From an uncultured Candidatus Saccharibacteria bacterium (GTDB taxonomy: Bacteria > Patescibacteriota > Minisyncoccia > Portnoybacterales > UBA2143), in the NCBI GenBank assembly GCA_964565215.1, contig CAZMCO010000003.1, positions 1 through 50,521 on the forward strand: a DNA stretch of 50,521 nt, in the 5' to 3' direction. Of the stretch, positions 19,211 through 27,567 are shown piece by piece (positions within the stretch are counted from its first letter, which is position 1; each line of letters opens with the position of its first letter). The notes below the pieces were generated by a model that was not told where the DNA came from, did no database searches, and was given only the letters and a program-made list of their open reading frames with translations. The position numbers and the translations under genes were made by a program.

Positions 19211-20095
19211 ATGTCATACAAAAAAAAATCTTTTAGTGTAATAATTCCTGTTTACAATGAAGAAGCCGTGATTGAAAAAGTTGTTCAAAATATACAGTAC
19301 GAGATGGATAAAATTAAGTCTGAGAACGAAATAATTATTGTAAATGACGGCTCTTCAGATAAATGTAGGAGGATTTTAGAATCCTTACTTGGAGTAAAGG
19401 TTATTCATCATCCTTACAGTAAAGGATATGGCGCCGCTTTAAAAACTGGAGTCAAAAACGCAAAATTTGACTGGCTTCTTTTTATTGATGGAGACGGTCA
19501 GCATAAACCTAAATATATTGCTGAATTTGTAGAATATATCCCTAATTATGATATGGTCGTTGGCACCAGACAGGGTTACAAGGGGCCGTGTATAAGACAA
19601 CCAGGGAAGAAAGTTTTAAACTGGCTGGCTAATTATCTTGTTGATTTTAAGATTCCTGACCTGAATTCTGGTTTTCGAGTAGTAAAAAGAGATTTATTTA
19701 ATAAGTTTATTCATTTATATCCAAACGGTTTTTCGCTTTCTACTACTATCACTCTCGCTTTCTTGAAGGCCGGTCTGAATGTAAAATACGTTCCCATTAC
19801 TATTGAAAAAAGAACAGGAAAGAGTACCGTAAGGTCGCGCCACGCCTTAGAAGTCTTATTTCTAATAACTCGAATGATTGTACTTTTTTCTCCGATGCGC
19901 TTTTTTATGCCTTTGGCTATGTTACTTTTCTTGTTTTCTGTTGTTTCTATTGTTTATGACATTAGCCAGAGGAATTTGACTGATGTTTCTGTAGTTTTGT
20001 TTGTCTCCACGATTTTAGTTTTCTTTTTGGGTGTCATTCTGGATCAGGTGTCGGCGATAAGAAGAGAATCAAAAAATAATGTCCTTAAAAGATGA
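19211..20095 (+). CDS. GT2 polyprenyl-phosphate glycosyltransferase (GtrB/ArnC/DPM1-like)
   Basis: FSVIIPVYNEE, IVNDGSSD, FIDGDGQH (DXD), and two C-terminal TM helices, which is the characteristic GtrB/ArnC architecture. Confidence 0.8.
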   Translation: MSYKKKSFSVIIPVYNEEAVIEKVVQNIQYEMDKIKSENEIIIVNDGSSDKCRRILESLLGVKVIHHPYSKGYGAALKTGVKNAKFDWLLFIDGDGQHKPKYIAEFVEYIPNYDMVVGTRQGYKGPCIRQPGKKVLNWLANYLVDFKIPDLNSGFRVVKRDLFNKFIHLYPNGFSLSTTITLAFLKAGLNVKYVPITIEKRTGKSTVRSRHALEVLFLITRMIVLFSPMRFFMPLAMLLFLFSVVSIVYDISQRNLTDVSVVLFVSTILVFFLGVILDQVSAIRRESKNNVLKR

Positions 20096-20819
20096 ATTAA
20101 AAACCCAAAGAACAATAGCGAATACATATGTAAAGAGATATATCGTGCCGCACGCATTTATGTACCAGAAATATTTAGCCGGCAAGATGATTAATTTGGT
20201 TAAGCCGAAAGGATTAATTTTGGACAATGGTTGCGGCCCGGGATTTTTTTGTAAATATTTTTTAAAAGATTATGATGTTGTGGGTATCGATGTTTCTGAA
20301 GATATGTTAGTGCATGCCAGAGAGAATCTAAAGAAAGTCGTACAGGGCAACGCAGAAAGTCTACCCTTTCCTGACAATAATTTTAACACCGTGTTTGCCC
20401 GCTCACTGATTCATCATTTAGAAAATCCGCAAAGAGGGGTAAATGAAATATTCCGAGTTTTAAAAAATAACGGTAGAGTATTATTCGCTGATACGTTTTG
20501 CACGCCGGTCAGCTACATTCCCCGCAAAATTCTTTCCTTAACTTCTTTTTTTTCAAAAGATCATAAAAATTTAAAAGAAGGGGAATTAGTAAATCTAATA
20601 AAAGATTCCGGATTAAAAATTGAGAAAATAGAATATTGTGATTACCTAGGTTATGCCTTTTTAAGCGCCCCAGACATTTTCAATCCCTTAAAATTTATGC
20701 CTTTTAAAATTTCTTGGGCCAAAGCACTGATATCTTTTGATAAATTTTTATCTAAAGCCCCTTTGCTCAATAAATGGCTTGCTTCAGGGATAATTATCGT
20801 AGCTTATAAGTCTTATTAA
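20079..20819 (+). CDS. Class I SAM-dependent methyltransferase (Methyltransf_11-like)
   Basis: ILDNGCGPGFF motif I, then VGIDVSEDML, FNTVFARSLIHHL and LKNNGRVLFAD. Confidence 0.75.
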   Translation: MSLKDELKTQRTIANTYVKRYIVPHAFMYQKYLAGKMINLVKPKGLILDNGCGPGFFCKYFLKDYDVVGIDVSEDMLVHARENLKKVVQGNAESLPFPDNNFNTVFARSLIHHLENPQRGVNEIFRVLKNNGRVLFADTFCTPVSYIPRKILSLTSFFSKDHKNLKEGELVNLIKDSGLKIEKIEYCDYLGYAFLSAPDIFNPLKFMPFKISWAKALISFDKFLSKAPLLNKWLASGIIIVAYKSY

Positions 20820-20822
20820 AAT

Positions 20823-22226
20823 ATGCAGGCAAAGAAAGTTTTATTGATTCAACCAAATTATAAAATACAAAAGAAAACTGGAGCCTGGGGCGTTAACCCT
20901 CCGATGGGACTAGCTTATATTGCGGCTGTTCTGGAAAGAAATAATATATCTGTGAAGATTTTAGATGCAAATATCTTGAATCTTACAGTAGGGCAAGTTG
21001 TATCGGAAGCTATAAATTGGCATGCAGATATTGTCGGTGTAAGTATCATGACACCAGCTCATAATTTTGCTGTAGCAATTGCCAAGAAACTACCTGATAG
21101 GATTTTGTCGGCTGCGGGCGGTCCCCAGGCCACAGCAATTCCCGAAACTCTTCTGAAAGAAGGATTTAAAGTAGCTGCAAGAGGCGAAGGCGAATATTCT
21201 TTTTTAAAATTAGTACAAGGGAAAACCGTTGAGAATATTGATGGACTGTCTTTTTATGAGAATGGTCAAATTATTCATAACAAACCTCAGGAGTTTTTTA
21301 GCCCAGGCGAATTGCCATTGCCCGCCAGACATTTATTAATTAATAACGGCGTCGATAAGCCTTATTATTCTGGAGGCACCCAATACTTTCCCTGGGCGCG
21401 TATAATTTCTTCGCGTGGATGCCCTTTTAATTGTAATTACTGTAATAAATTGATTTTTGGCAGGAAAATTCGTTTTCGGACAGCCGAAAATGTTATGGAC
21501 GAGATTGATTTCCTTGTTCAGAATTATGGTGTCAAAGAAATTAGTTTTAGCGATGACTGTTTTAATTTTGATATAGAGAGAGCTAAGAAGATTTTTGATC
21601 TAATTATTTCTAGAGATTACAAAATCCATATCAGGTTCTCTAATGGGTTGAGAGCTGATAAAATAGACGAAGAATTTTTAGAAAAAGCAAAAAAGGCCGG
21701 ATGTTATTATATTGCTTACGGTATCGAATCTGGTTCTCAAGAAATTCTAGATAAAATTCCCAAGGGGATTACCTTAAGGGCGATAAAAAAAACCGTAAAC
21801 CTGACAAAGAAAATCGGAATTCCTATGACGGGTTATTTTATGGTCGGTCTTTTGTGGGACACTAAAGAAACTATGCAAAAAACTATTGATTTTGCCAAGG
21901 AGCTGGATTTAGATGTAGCACAATTCACGATTGCCTATCCCTATCCCGGGACACGTATGTGGAACATTATCAAAGAGAACGGCGGCGAAATCTTTTTTAA
22001 TAATTGGGAAGATTTTCACCATACGACGGCCAAGTCTATTTATTCAATGCCCGGCATGGCCACACCAGAAGAAATAAATGAAATGTATAGAAAAGCTCAC
22101 CGTGATTATTACTTCAGAGTAAGTTATATTATTAAACATGCTTTAAAATTCTTTTTGTCTTGGAAAAAATTTAGAATTGGACTTCGCGGCCTAAAGGCTA
22201 TTTTATATACGCAAAATAAAAAATAA
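20823..22226 (+). CDS. B12-binding-domain radical SAM enzyme (class B rSAM)
   Basis: VLLIQPN...VGVSIMTP N-domain and ISSRGCPFNCNYCNK (CX3CX2C). Confidence 0.85.
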   Translation: MQAKKVLLIQPNYKIQKKTGAWGVNPPMGLAYIAAVLERNNISVKILDANILNLTVGQVVSEAINWHADIVGVSIMTPAHNFAVAIAKKLPDRILSAAGGPQATAIPETLLKEGFKVAARGEGEYSFLKLVQGKTVENIDGLSFYENGQIIHNKPQEFFSPGELPLPARHLLINNGVDKPYYSGGTQYFPWARIISSRGCPFNCNYCNKLIFGRKIRFRTAENVMDEIDFLVQNYGVKEISFSDDCFNFDIERAKKIFDLIISRDYKIHIRFSNGLRADKIDEEFLEKAKKAGCYYIAYGIESGSQEILDKIPKGITLRAIKKTVNLTKKIGIPMTGYFMVGLLWDTKETMQKTIDFAKELDLDVAQFTIAYPYPGTRMWNIIKENGGEIFFNNWEDFHHTTAKSIYSMPGMATPEEINEMYRKAHRDYYFRVSYIIKHALKFFLSWKKFRIGLRGLKAILYTQNKK

Positions 22227-22229
22227 TCT

Positions 22230-23624
22230 ATGCGAGTTTATTTATTAAATCCTCCTTTTGTGAAAAATTTTATTCGTTCTTCGCGATGGGCGAGAAGGGC
22301 TTTTGCTGGAAGTCAGTGGTATCCCATATTTCTAGCTTATGCTACTGGTTTTTTAGAGGAAAACGGTCACAAAGTTAAATTGGCGGACGCGCTGGCTTCA
22401 AACACCAATATTGATAATGTGCTTTTAGACTTAAAAAGCTTTTCTCCGGACATAGTCGTTGTGTATACTTCCTGGCCGAGTTTGGCATCTGACATTTCTT
22501 TGTCGGAAAAGATAAAAAAAGAAACAGGAGCTCTCATTGTCTTTGTCGGTCCTTGGTGCGCGATGAATCCCAAAAGAATTTTATCAAAATCATTGTCTGT
22601 TGACGTCGTTATAAGAAAAGAGCTAGAGTTGCCTCTTTTGGAGATAGCCAATGGTAGAAATTTATCAGAGATTAGGGGAATTGACTGGCAAAAAGGAGGA
22701 AAAGTGTTTGAAAATAAAGACGGTGATTTTTTGACTAACGAGCAATTGGACCAATTACCTTTTGTAACCGATGTGTACAGGAAGCACCTTGATATCAAGA
22801 ATTATAGACAGTCCAGTCTGAAATATCCTTTTGTTGATTTTTTTACCGGCAGAGGTTGTTATTGGGGGCAGTGCACTTTTTGCCTGTGGCCTCATACGAT
22901 TCATTCCGGCGCCCCACGATACAGGAAAAGAGGAATAGACAATGTGTTGAGTGAGTTAAAATATATTAAGCAATATTTACCGGAGGTTAAAGAGGTTTTT
23001 GTCCAGGACGATACATTGCCATCGGATCGCGCTTTGGAATTTTCAAAAGCAATTTTAAAGAATAATTTAAAAATAAATTGGTCTTGCTACGCCAAGCCGT
23101 TGCTGGACTATAAAACTTTAGCGATGATGAAAGGGGCCGGGTGTCGTTGTTTACATGTTGGTTATGAAAGTGCCGATGATGATATATTAAGATTTTGTCG
23201 CAAAGGCCAGACGGTTAAAATGATGGAGAGATTTACGAAAGACGCCAAAAAAGCGGGACTGATTATTCATGCTGATTTTATCGTAGGATTGCCCGGGGAA
23301 ACAAAAGAAACAATTGTTAAAACTATAAACTGGGCAAAGAGATTAAAATTATTAGACTACCAATTCGCTGTTCTTCAGCCCGAAGAAAATACTCCTGTAT
23401 ATGATTATTTAAAAAAGAAAAAGTATCTTTCAGGTAAAGATGAGATAAATTATCCCGAGCTTTCCTCAGGCGATTTATCGAAGTGGAGGATTAGGGCATA
23501 CCACAAAATCTATTTAAGTCCGAGTTATTTGTTGCGGCTTGTAAAACATCCATCACAAATGAAACGCATGCTTAACATGAGTATTAAAGGATTGCCTAAT
23601 TTAATAAAAAAAAGACGGGATTAA
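22230..23624 (+). CDS. B12-binding-domain radical SAM enzyme with a variant CX4CX2C cluster motif
   Basis: VYLLNPPF...DIVVVYTSWPS N-domain and FTGRGCYWGQCTFCLWPH, where the Cys spacing read directly is 4 then 2. Downstream TIM-barrel-like motifs are VFVQDDTL and HVGYESADDD. Confidence 0.8.
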   Translation: MRVYLLNPPFVKNFIRSSRWARRAFAGSQWYPIFLAYATGFLEENGHKVKLADALASNTNIDNVLLDLKSFSPDIVVVYTSWPSLASDISLSEKIKKETGALIVFVGPWCAMNPKRILSKSLSVDVVIRKELELPLLEIANGRNLSEIRGIDWQKGGKVFENKDGDFLTNEQLDQLPFVTDVYRKHLDIKNYRQSSLKYPFVDFFTGRGCYWGQCTFCLWPHTIHSGAPRYRKRGIDNVLSELKYIKQYLPEVKEVFVQDDTLPSDRALEFSKAILKNNLKINWSCYAKPLLDYKTLAMMKGAGCRCLHVGYESADDDILRFCRKGQTVKMMERFTKDAKKAGLIIHADFIVGLPGETKETIVKTINWAKRLKLLDYQFAVLQPEENTPVYDYLKKKKYLSGKDEINYPELSSGDLSKWRIRAYHKIYLSPSYLLRLVKHPSQMKRMLNMSIKGLPNLIKKRRD

Positions 23625-23628
23625 TATC

Positions 23629-24642
23629 ATGAATTACCCTTATGTTACAATTTTAATACCCATTAGAAATGTCGCCAAATACATCGGTCCTTGTCTTGAG
23701 GCGCTGTTAAACCAAAGCTATCCGCAAGACAAGTTTGAGATTTGGCTTTTAGATAATAATTCTGATGATGGGACTTTAGATATTGTCTCTCGGTATCCTA
23801 AAGACAAGGTAAAGGTCATTCAATCCGGTGTTCATTTACCTCCCGCGAAATACAACAAAATTTTGTCAGAAATAAAAAGCGAGATAGTTGGCTTTGTGGA
23901 TGGCGATGCCAATGTTCACAGTGATTGGCTTATAAAGGTAGTGGAACCACTTGCAGATCCTAAGGTGGCTGGTGCTAGTGGTATGATACTTACGGCAAAT
24001 AAACAAAAAATAGTACCGAGAATTATAGGATACGAATTACAGGACAGATATGAACGAATGCCTACCGAGATTAAACGTGTAGCTACCATGCATGTTGTTT
24101 ACAAAAAAAATGTACTTCAAAAATTGGGGGGTTTTAATACGGATTTAAAAACTGGTTACGATTGTGAAATAGGATACAGAATTAATAATGCTGGGTATAA
24201 AATTATAAATATACCTGATGCTAAAGTCTATCATAACCACCGAGAATCACTTTGGGCGTTTTTCAAACAGCAATATGAATATGGGAAGTTTGCCGTTTTT
24301 AGGTATTTACAAATTCCTAAAAATCTAAAAGGAGACGAAGTGACATCGTTTTGGATGATTTTCCAACCAATATTTTATCTTTTATCTTTCATCCTTTTGC
24401 TTTCGCTTTTATTTTTCGAAATTCCCTGGTGGCTTGTTTTTATTCCTCTTTTAATTTTGTTTGGCGAGTATTTATTTTCTGCCGCCCGTTTAAGTATAAA
24501 ATACAGAGATATCTCTGCCTTATTTTTAATAGTTATTTACATAATCAGGGTGTGGGGATGGGGTTTAGGGGTTCTCTCCGCTTTACCACGATTAATTTTT
24601 GGCCTCGGCAAGCACAACTCTACTAGAATTAAAAATGCGTAA
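23629..24642 (+). CDS. GT2 family glycosyltransferase with C-terminal transmembrane segments
   Basis: VTILIPIRN, LLDNNSDDGT, FVDGDANV (DXD), and hydrophobic C-terminal helices. Confidence 0.8.
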   Translation: MNYPYVTILIPIRNVAKYIGPCLEALLNQSYPQDKFEIWLLDNNSDDGTLDIVSRYPKDKVKVIQSGVHLPPAKYNKILSEIKSEIVGFVDGDANVHSDWLIKVVEPLADPKVAGASGMILTANKQKIVPRIIGYELQDRYERMPTEIKRVATMHVVYKKNVLQKLGGFNTDLKTGYDCEIGYRINNAGYKIINIPDAKVYHNHRESLWAFFKQQYEYGKFAVFRYLQIPKNLKGDEVTSFWMIFQPIFYLLSFILLLSLLFFEIPWWLVFIPLLILFGEYLFSAARLSIKYRDISALFLIVIYIIRVWGWGLGVLSALPRLIFGLGKHNSTRIKNA

Positions 24643-25552
24643 AACTTTTTTAAAATCGATTTCGTACTTGGTTATATTTCTGATTCTATTTTTTTTGTGC
24701 TGGCAATTTTTCGCTAATTGGCAGAAATTAAAAGAGTACGATTTTTCTTTTGATTATTTATATTTGATTTTATCGGTTTTGTTTTTAGCTCTCGCCTTGG
24801 CGGGATTAAGTTGGGTTTGGAACAAAATCCTTAAATATATAAAAAATGAGAATAATTTATCTAACCTGGATGCATTAAGGATATATTTGTATTCCGAGTT
24901 TGGAAAGTATCTTCCCGGCAAGATTTGGACCATATTGGGTAGAATTTACTTAGGCGCCAAAAAAGGTATTTCTAAAAAGGATTTGGCTGTCAGTTCTTTT
25001 CTGGATGTGGCGCTTTCTACCGGGGCAGGTCTTGTATTAGGGACATTTTTTTTGCTTATTTTTCTTGGTAACTTTTTTTCTTATTTATATTTTTTGTCTG
25101 TATTGGTAGCGCTGGCTGGGTTGATCGCGGCGCATCCGCGCGCGTTTTATCCTGTTTTTAATTTTGTCTTTCGTAGACTAAAAAAGGTTGAAATTTTGCC
25201 TTCTGAATTTTTGAGCTACACGAAAATATTAAAGGCATTTTTTTGTTATTTGTTAATATCTTTTGTAAGCGGAACAGCTTTTTTCTTTTTGGTAAAATCT
25301 ATTACTAGTTTATCTTTTTTTTATTTTCCGGCCATAATCGGTGTGTACAATCTGGCTGTTAATCTCGGAGTCGTTGCAATTTTTGCTCCTAGTGGTTTGG
25401 GTATACGCGAAGGTATTATGACTTTGTTTCTGAATATTTATTTTCCCGTCAGTGTGGCTATTTTGATTTCACTGATAGCTAGGATATGGTTGACTGCAGT
25501 GGAGATAGGACTTTTTCTACCTCTTTATTTCTTGAGTAAATACAAAAGTTAA
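24635..25552 (+). CDS. UPF0104 / LPG-synthase-TM-like flippase-like membrane protein
   Basis: Polytopic membrane protein. The N-terminus KSISYLVIFLILFFLCWQFFANWQKLKEY and the C-terminal APSGLGIREG motif are typical of the family. The ATG at 24635 overlaps the upstream stop (ATGCGTAA). Confidence 0.65.
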   Translation: MRKTFLKSISYLVIFLILFFLCWQFFANWQKLKEYDFSFDYLYLILSVLFLALALAGLSWVWNKILKYIKNENNLSNLDALRIYLYSEFGKYLPGKIWTILGRIYLGAKKGISKKDLAVSSFLDVALSTGAGLVLGTFFLLIFLGNFFSYLYFLSVLVALAGLIAAHPRAFYPVFNFVFRRLKKVEILPSEFLSYTKILKAFFCYLLISFVSGTAFFFLVKSITSLSFFYFPAIIGVYNLAVNLGVVAIFAPSGLGIREGIMTLFLNIYFPVSVAILISLIARIWLTAVEIGLFLPLYFLSKYKS

Positions 25553-25554
25553 TT

Positions 25555-27558
25555 ATGTGCGGCATTTTTGGCATAGTGACAAGTAAAAATTCTGATATGG
25601 GATTGAAAGAAGTCCAGAAATCAATGGCAGTTCTTTTTAAGCTGTCAGAAACGCGCGGCAAAGAGTCTTCGGGTATGGCTATTAAAAATTTGACTCTTAA
25701 AAAAATTAATGTACTGAAGTCGCCTGTTCCGGCTAGTCAGTTGATAAAAACTAATGGTTATAAGAATTTTTTGAAAGAATCATTGTCTAAAAATAATCTT
25801 AAGTTAAGTTACCCAATTGCCATAATAGGTCACTCTCGGCTATTCACAAACGGTACTCAAGAGGATAATAACAATAATCAACCTGTTATAAAAAGTAACT
25901 GTGTCGCCGTGCACAATGGAATTATTACAAACGTTAATGATTTATATCACAAGTATAAAGATGCTTTAAAAAGGTCATATGAAGTGGATACTGAAATTTT
26001 TCTGGACATTTTACGATTGGATATAAACCAGGACAAGAATTTAATTGAGGCTACAGTAAAGATTTTTCAAGAAATTGAGGGCACGGCTTCTGTGGCCGTT
26101 TTAATGAATGATTTGAATAAACTTTTGCTAGCAACGAATACAGGCTCGCTTTATTGCTGTTTAAATACAAAAAGAAATGTTTTTGTTTTTACTTCGGAGA
26201 GATATATCATATCTTCTTTCATAAAAAAGTATAAAAAGATGATTTGCGAAATTGGGCATATAAAACCTTTCACGGGCAAAGTAATAGATTTAGAAAATTT
26301 TTCCGTGAGCGATTTCAATTTCAAAAACGAATTATTGGACAAGACAAAAGAAAAATTTATTGAGCCCGCGGATGAGCTAAAAGATTTTTCTAGGAAGTAC
26401 GAAGCGTCTAACGTGGCAAAAAAAGGAAAAAGTGGTGTGGAAAAACTACTGGAATACAATATAGACGCTATTAGCCAGCTTAAGAGATGTACCAGATGTA
26501 TTTTACCTGAGACATTTCCTTTTATTAAATTTGACGAAGAGGGCGTGTGCAATTATTGCAGGAATTATAAAAAAATAGAGTATCAAGGAATAGATAAACT
26601 TTTGGAAATCGTGGAGCCATATAGAAGTAAAAACGGCGGGCCGGATTGTATCGTGCCTTTTAGTGGTGGCAGAGACAGCTCGTATGGTTTGCATTATATT
26701 AAAACTGTTTTAAAAATGAATCCCGTTGCTTTTACTTATGATTGGGGTATGGTAACTGATTTAGCTAGGCGAAACCAGGCAAGGATTTGCGGCAAGCTGG
26801 GTATTGAGCATATTTTGCTTTCGGCTGATATTAAAAAAAAGAGAGAAAATATAAGGAAAAATGTGACGGCGTGGCTGAAGAAGCCTGATTTGGGTATTAT
26901 TCCTTTGTTTATGGCGGGCGATAAATCTATCTATTCTTATTTAAATAAAATCAAGAAACAGAACAATATCACTCTCAATATTTGGTCTGGCAACAGAATG
27001 GAAAGCACTGATTTCAAGGCCGGCTTTTGCGGCGTAAAACCACTTTTTTACAAAAAGAAAAGAGCGGATTATCTTACTTTTATGCAAAGTTTACAGCTGG
27101 CTTTTTATTATCTAAAGAGATTTTTGTCCAACCCGGTTTATTTGAATGGTTCAATTTTTGATAGCATTTTCGGTTATTACTCTCAATATTTTGATCCGAG
27201 AAGGGGTTTTTTGTTATTGTATGATTATGTTGAATGGAACGAGAGAAAAATTGAAAGAATACTTTTTGATGAATATGACTGGGAAACATCGCCTGACACC
27301 AAAACGACCTGGCGCATAGGCGACGGGACGGCGTCATTTTATAATTACATTTATTATACAATCGCCGGTTTTACCGAATCCGAAACTTTCAGAAGTAACC
27401 AAATACGAGAAGGATTGATAACAAGGGAGGAAGCATTAGGAATTACAAGAAAAGAAAACAAGCCGAGACTTAAATCAATGAGTTGGTACTGCGATATTGT
27501 CGGATTGGATTTTGAAAAGACAGTCAAAAAAATAAATTCTATGCCAAAACTTTATTAA
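25555..27558 (+). CDS. Fusion protein: N-terminal class II (Ntn) glutamine amidotransferase domain plus C-terminal WbuX/PseA-type N-acetyl-sugar amidotransferase (PP-loop ATP pyrophosphatase)
   Basis: N-terminus: MCGIFG, GHSRLFTNG, HNGIITN, VDTEIF. C-terminus: zinc-ribbon CTRCILPETFPFIKFDEEGVCNYC followed by the PP-loop VPFSGGRDSSY. Confidence 0.7.
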   Translation: MCGIFGIVTSKNSDMGLKEVQKSMAVLFKLSETRGKESSGMAIKNLTLKKINVLKSPVPASQLIKTNGYKNFLKESLSKNNLKLSYPIAIIGHSRLFTNGTQEDNNNNQPVIKSNCVAVHNGIITNVNDLYHKYKDALKRSYEVDTEIFLDILRLDINQDKNLIEATVKIFQEIEGTASVAVLMNDLNKLLLATNTGSLYCCLNTKRNVFVFTSERYIISSFIKKYKKMICEIGHIKPFTGKVIDLENFSVSDFNFKNELLDKTKEKFIEPADELKDFSRKYEASNVAKKGKSGVEKLLEYNIDAISQLKRCTRCILPETFPFIKFDEEGVCNYCRNYKKIEYQGIDKLLEIVEPYRSKNGGPDCIVPFSGGRDSSYGLHYIKTVLKMNPVAFTYDWGMVTDLARRNQARICGKLGIEHILLSADIKKKRENIRKNVTAWLKKPDLGIIPLFMAGDKSIYSYLNKIKKQNNITLNIWSGNRMESTDFKAGFCGVKPLFYKKKRADYLTFMQSLQLAFYYLKRFLSNPVYLNGSIFDSIFGYYSQYFDPRRGFLLLYDYVEWNERKIERILFDEYDWETSPDTKTTWRIGDGTASFYNYIYYTIAGFTESETFRSNQIREGLITREEALGITRKENKPRLKSMSWYCDIVGLDFEKTVKKINSMPKLY

Positions 27559-27567
27559 GTCGAATTT

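Noticed and set aside
19220-19228. A9 homopolymer at codons 4-6 of the GtrB-like GT2 gene, as a phase-variation switch
   Set aside because: It is in frame (KKK). Poly-A Lys runs are common throughout this AT-rich window, for example 39952-39959 in murB. There is no evidence of variation from a single sequence.
24351-24626. Same-strand alternative-frame ORFs: 24351-24626 inside the GT2 gene and 29850-30062 inside the methyltransferase 3' half
   Set aside because: The overlapping main frames encode coherent TM helices or methyltransferase motifs. The alternative frames give implausible Phe/Cys/Arg-rich peptides.
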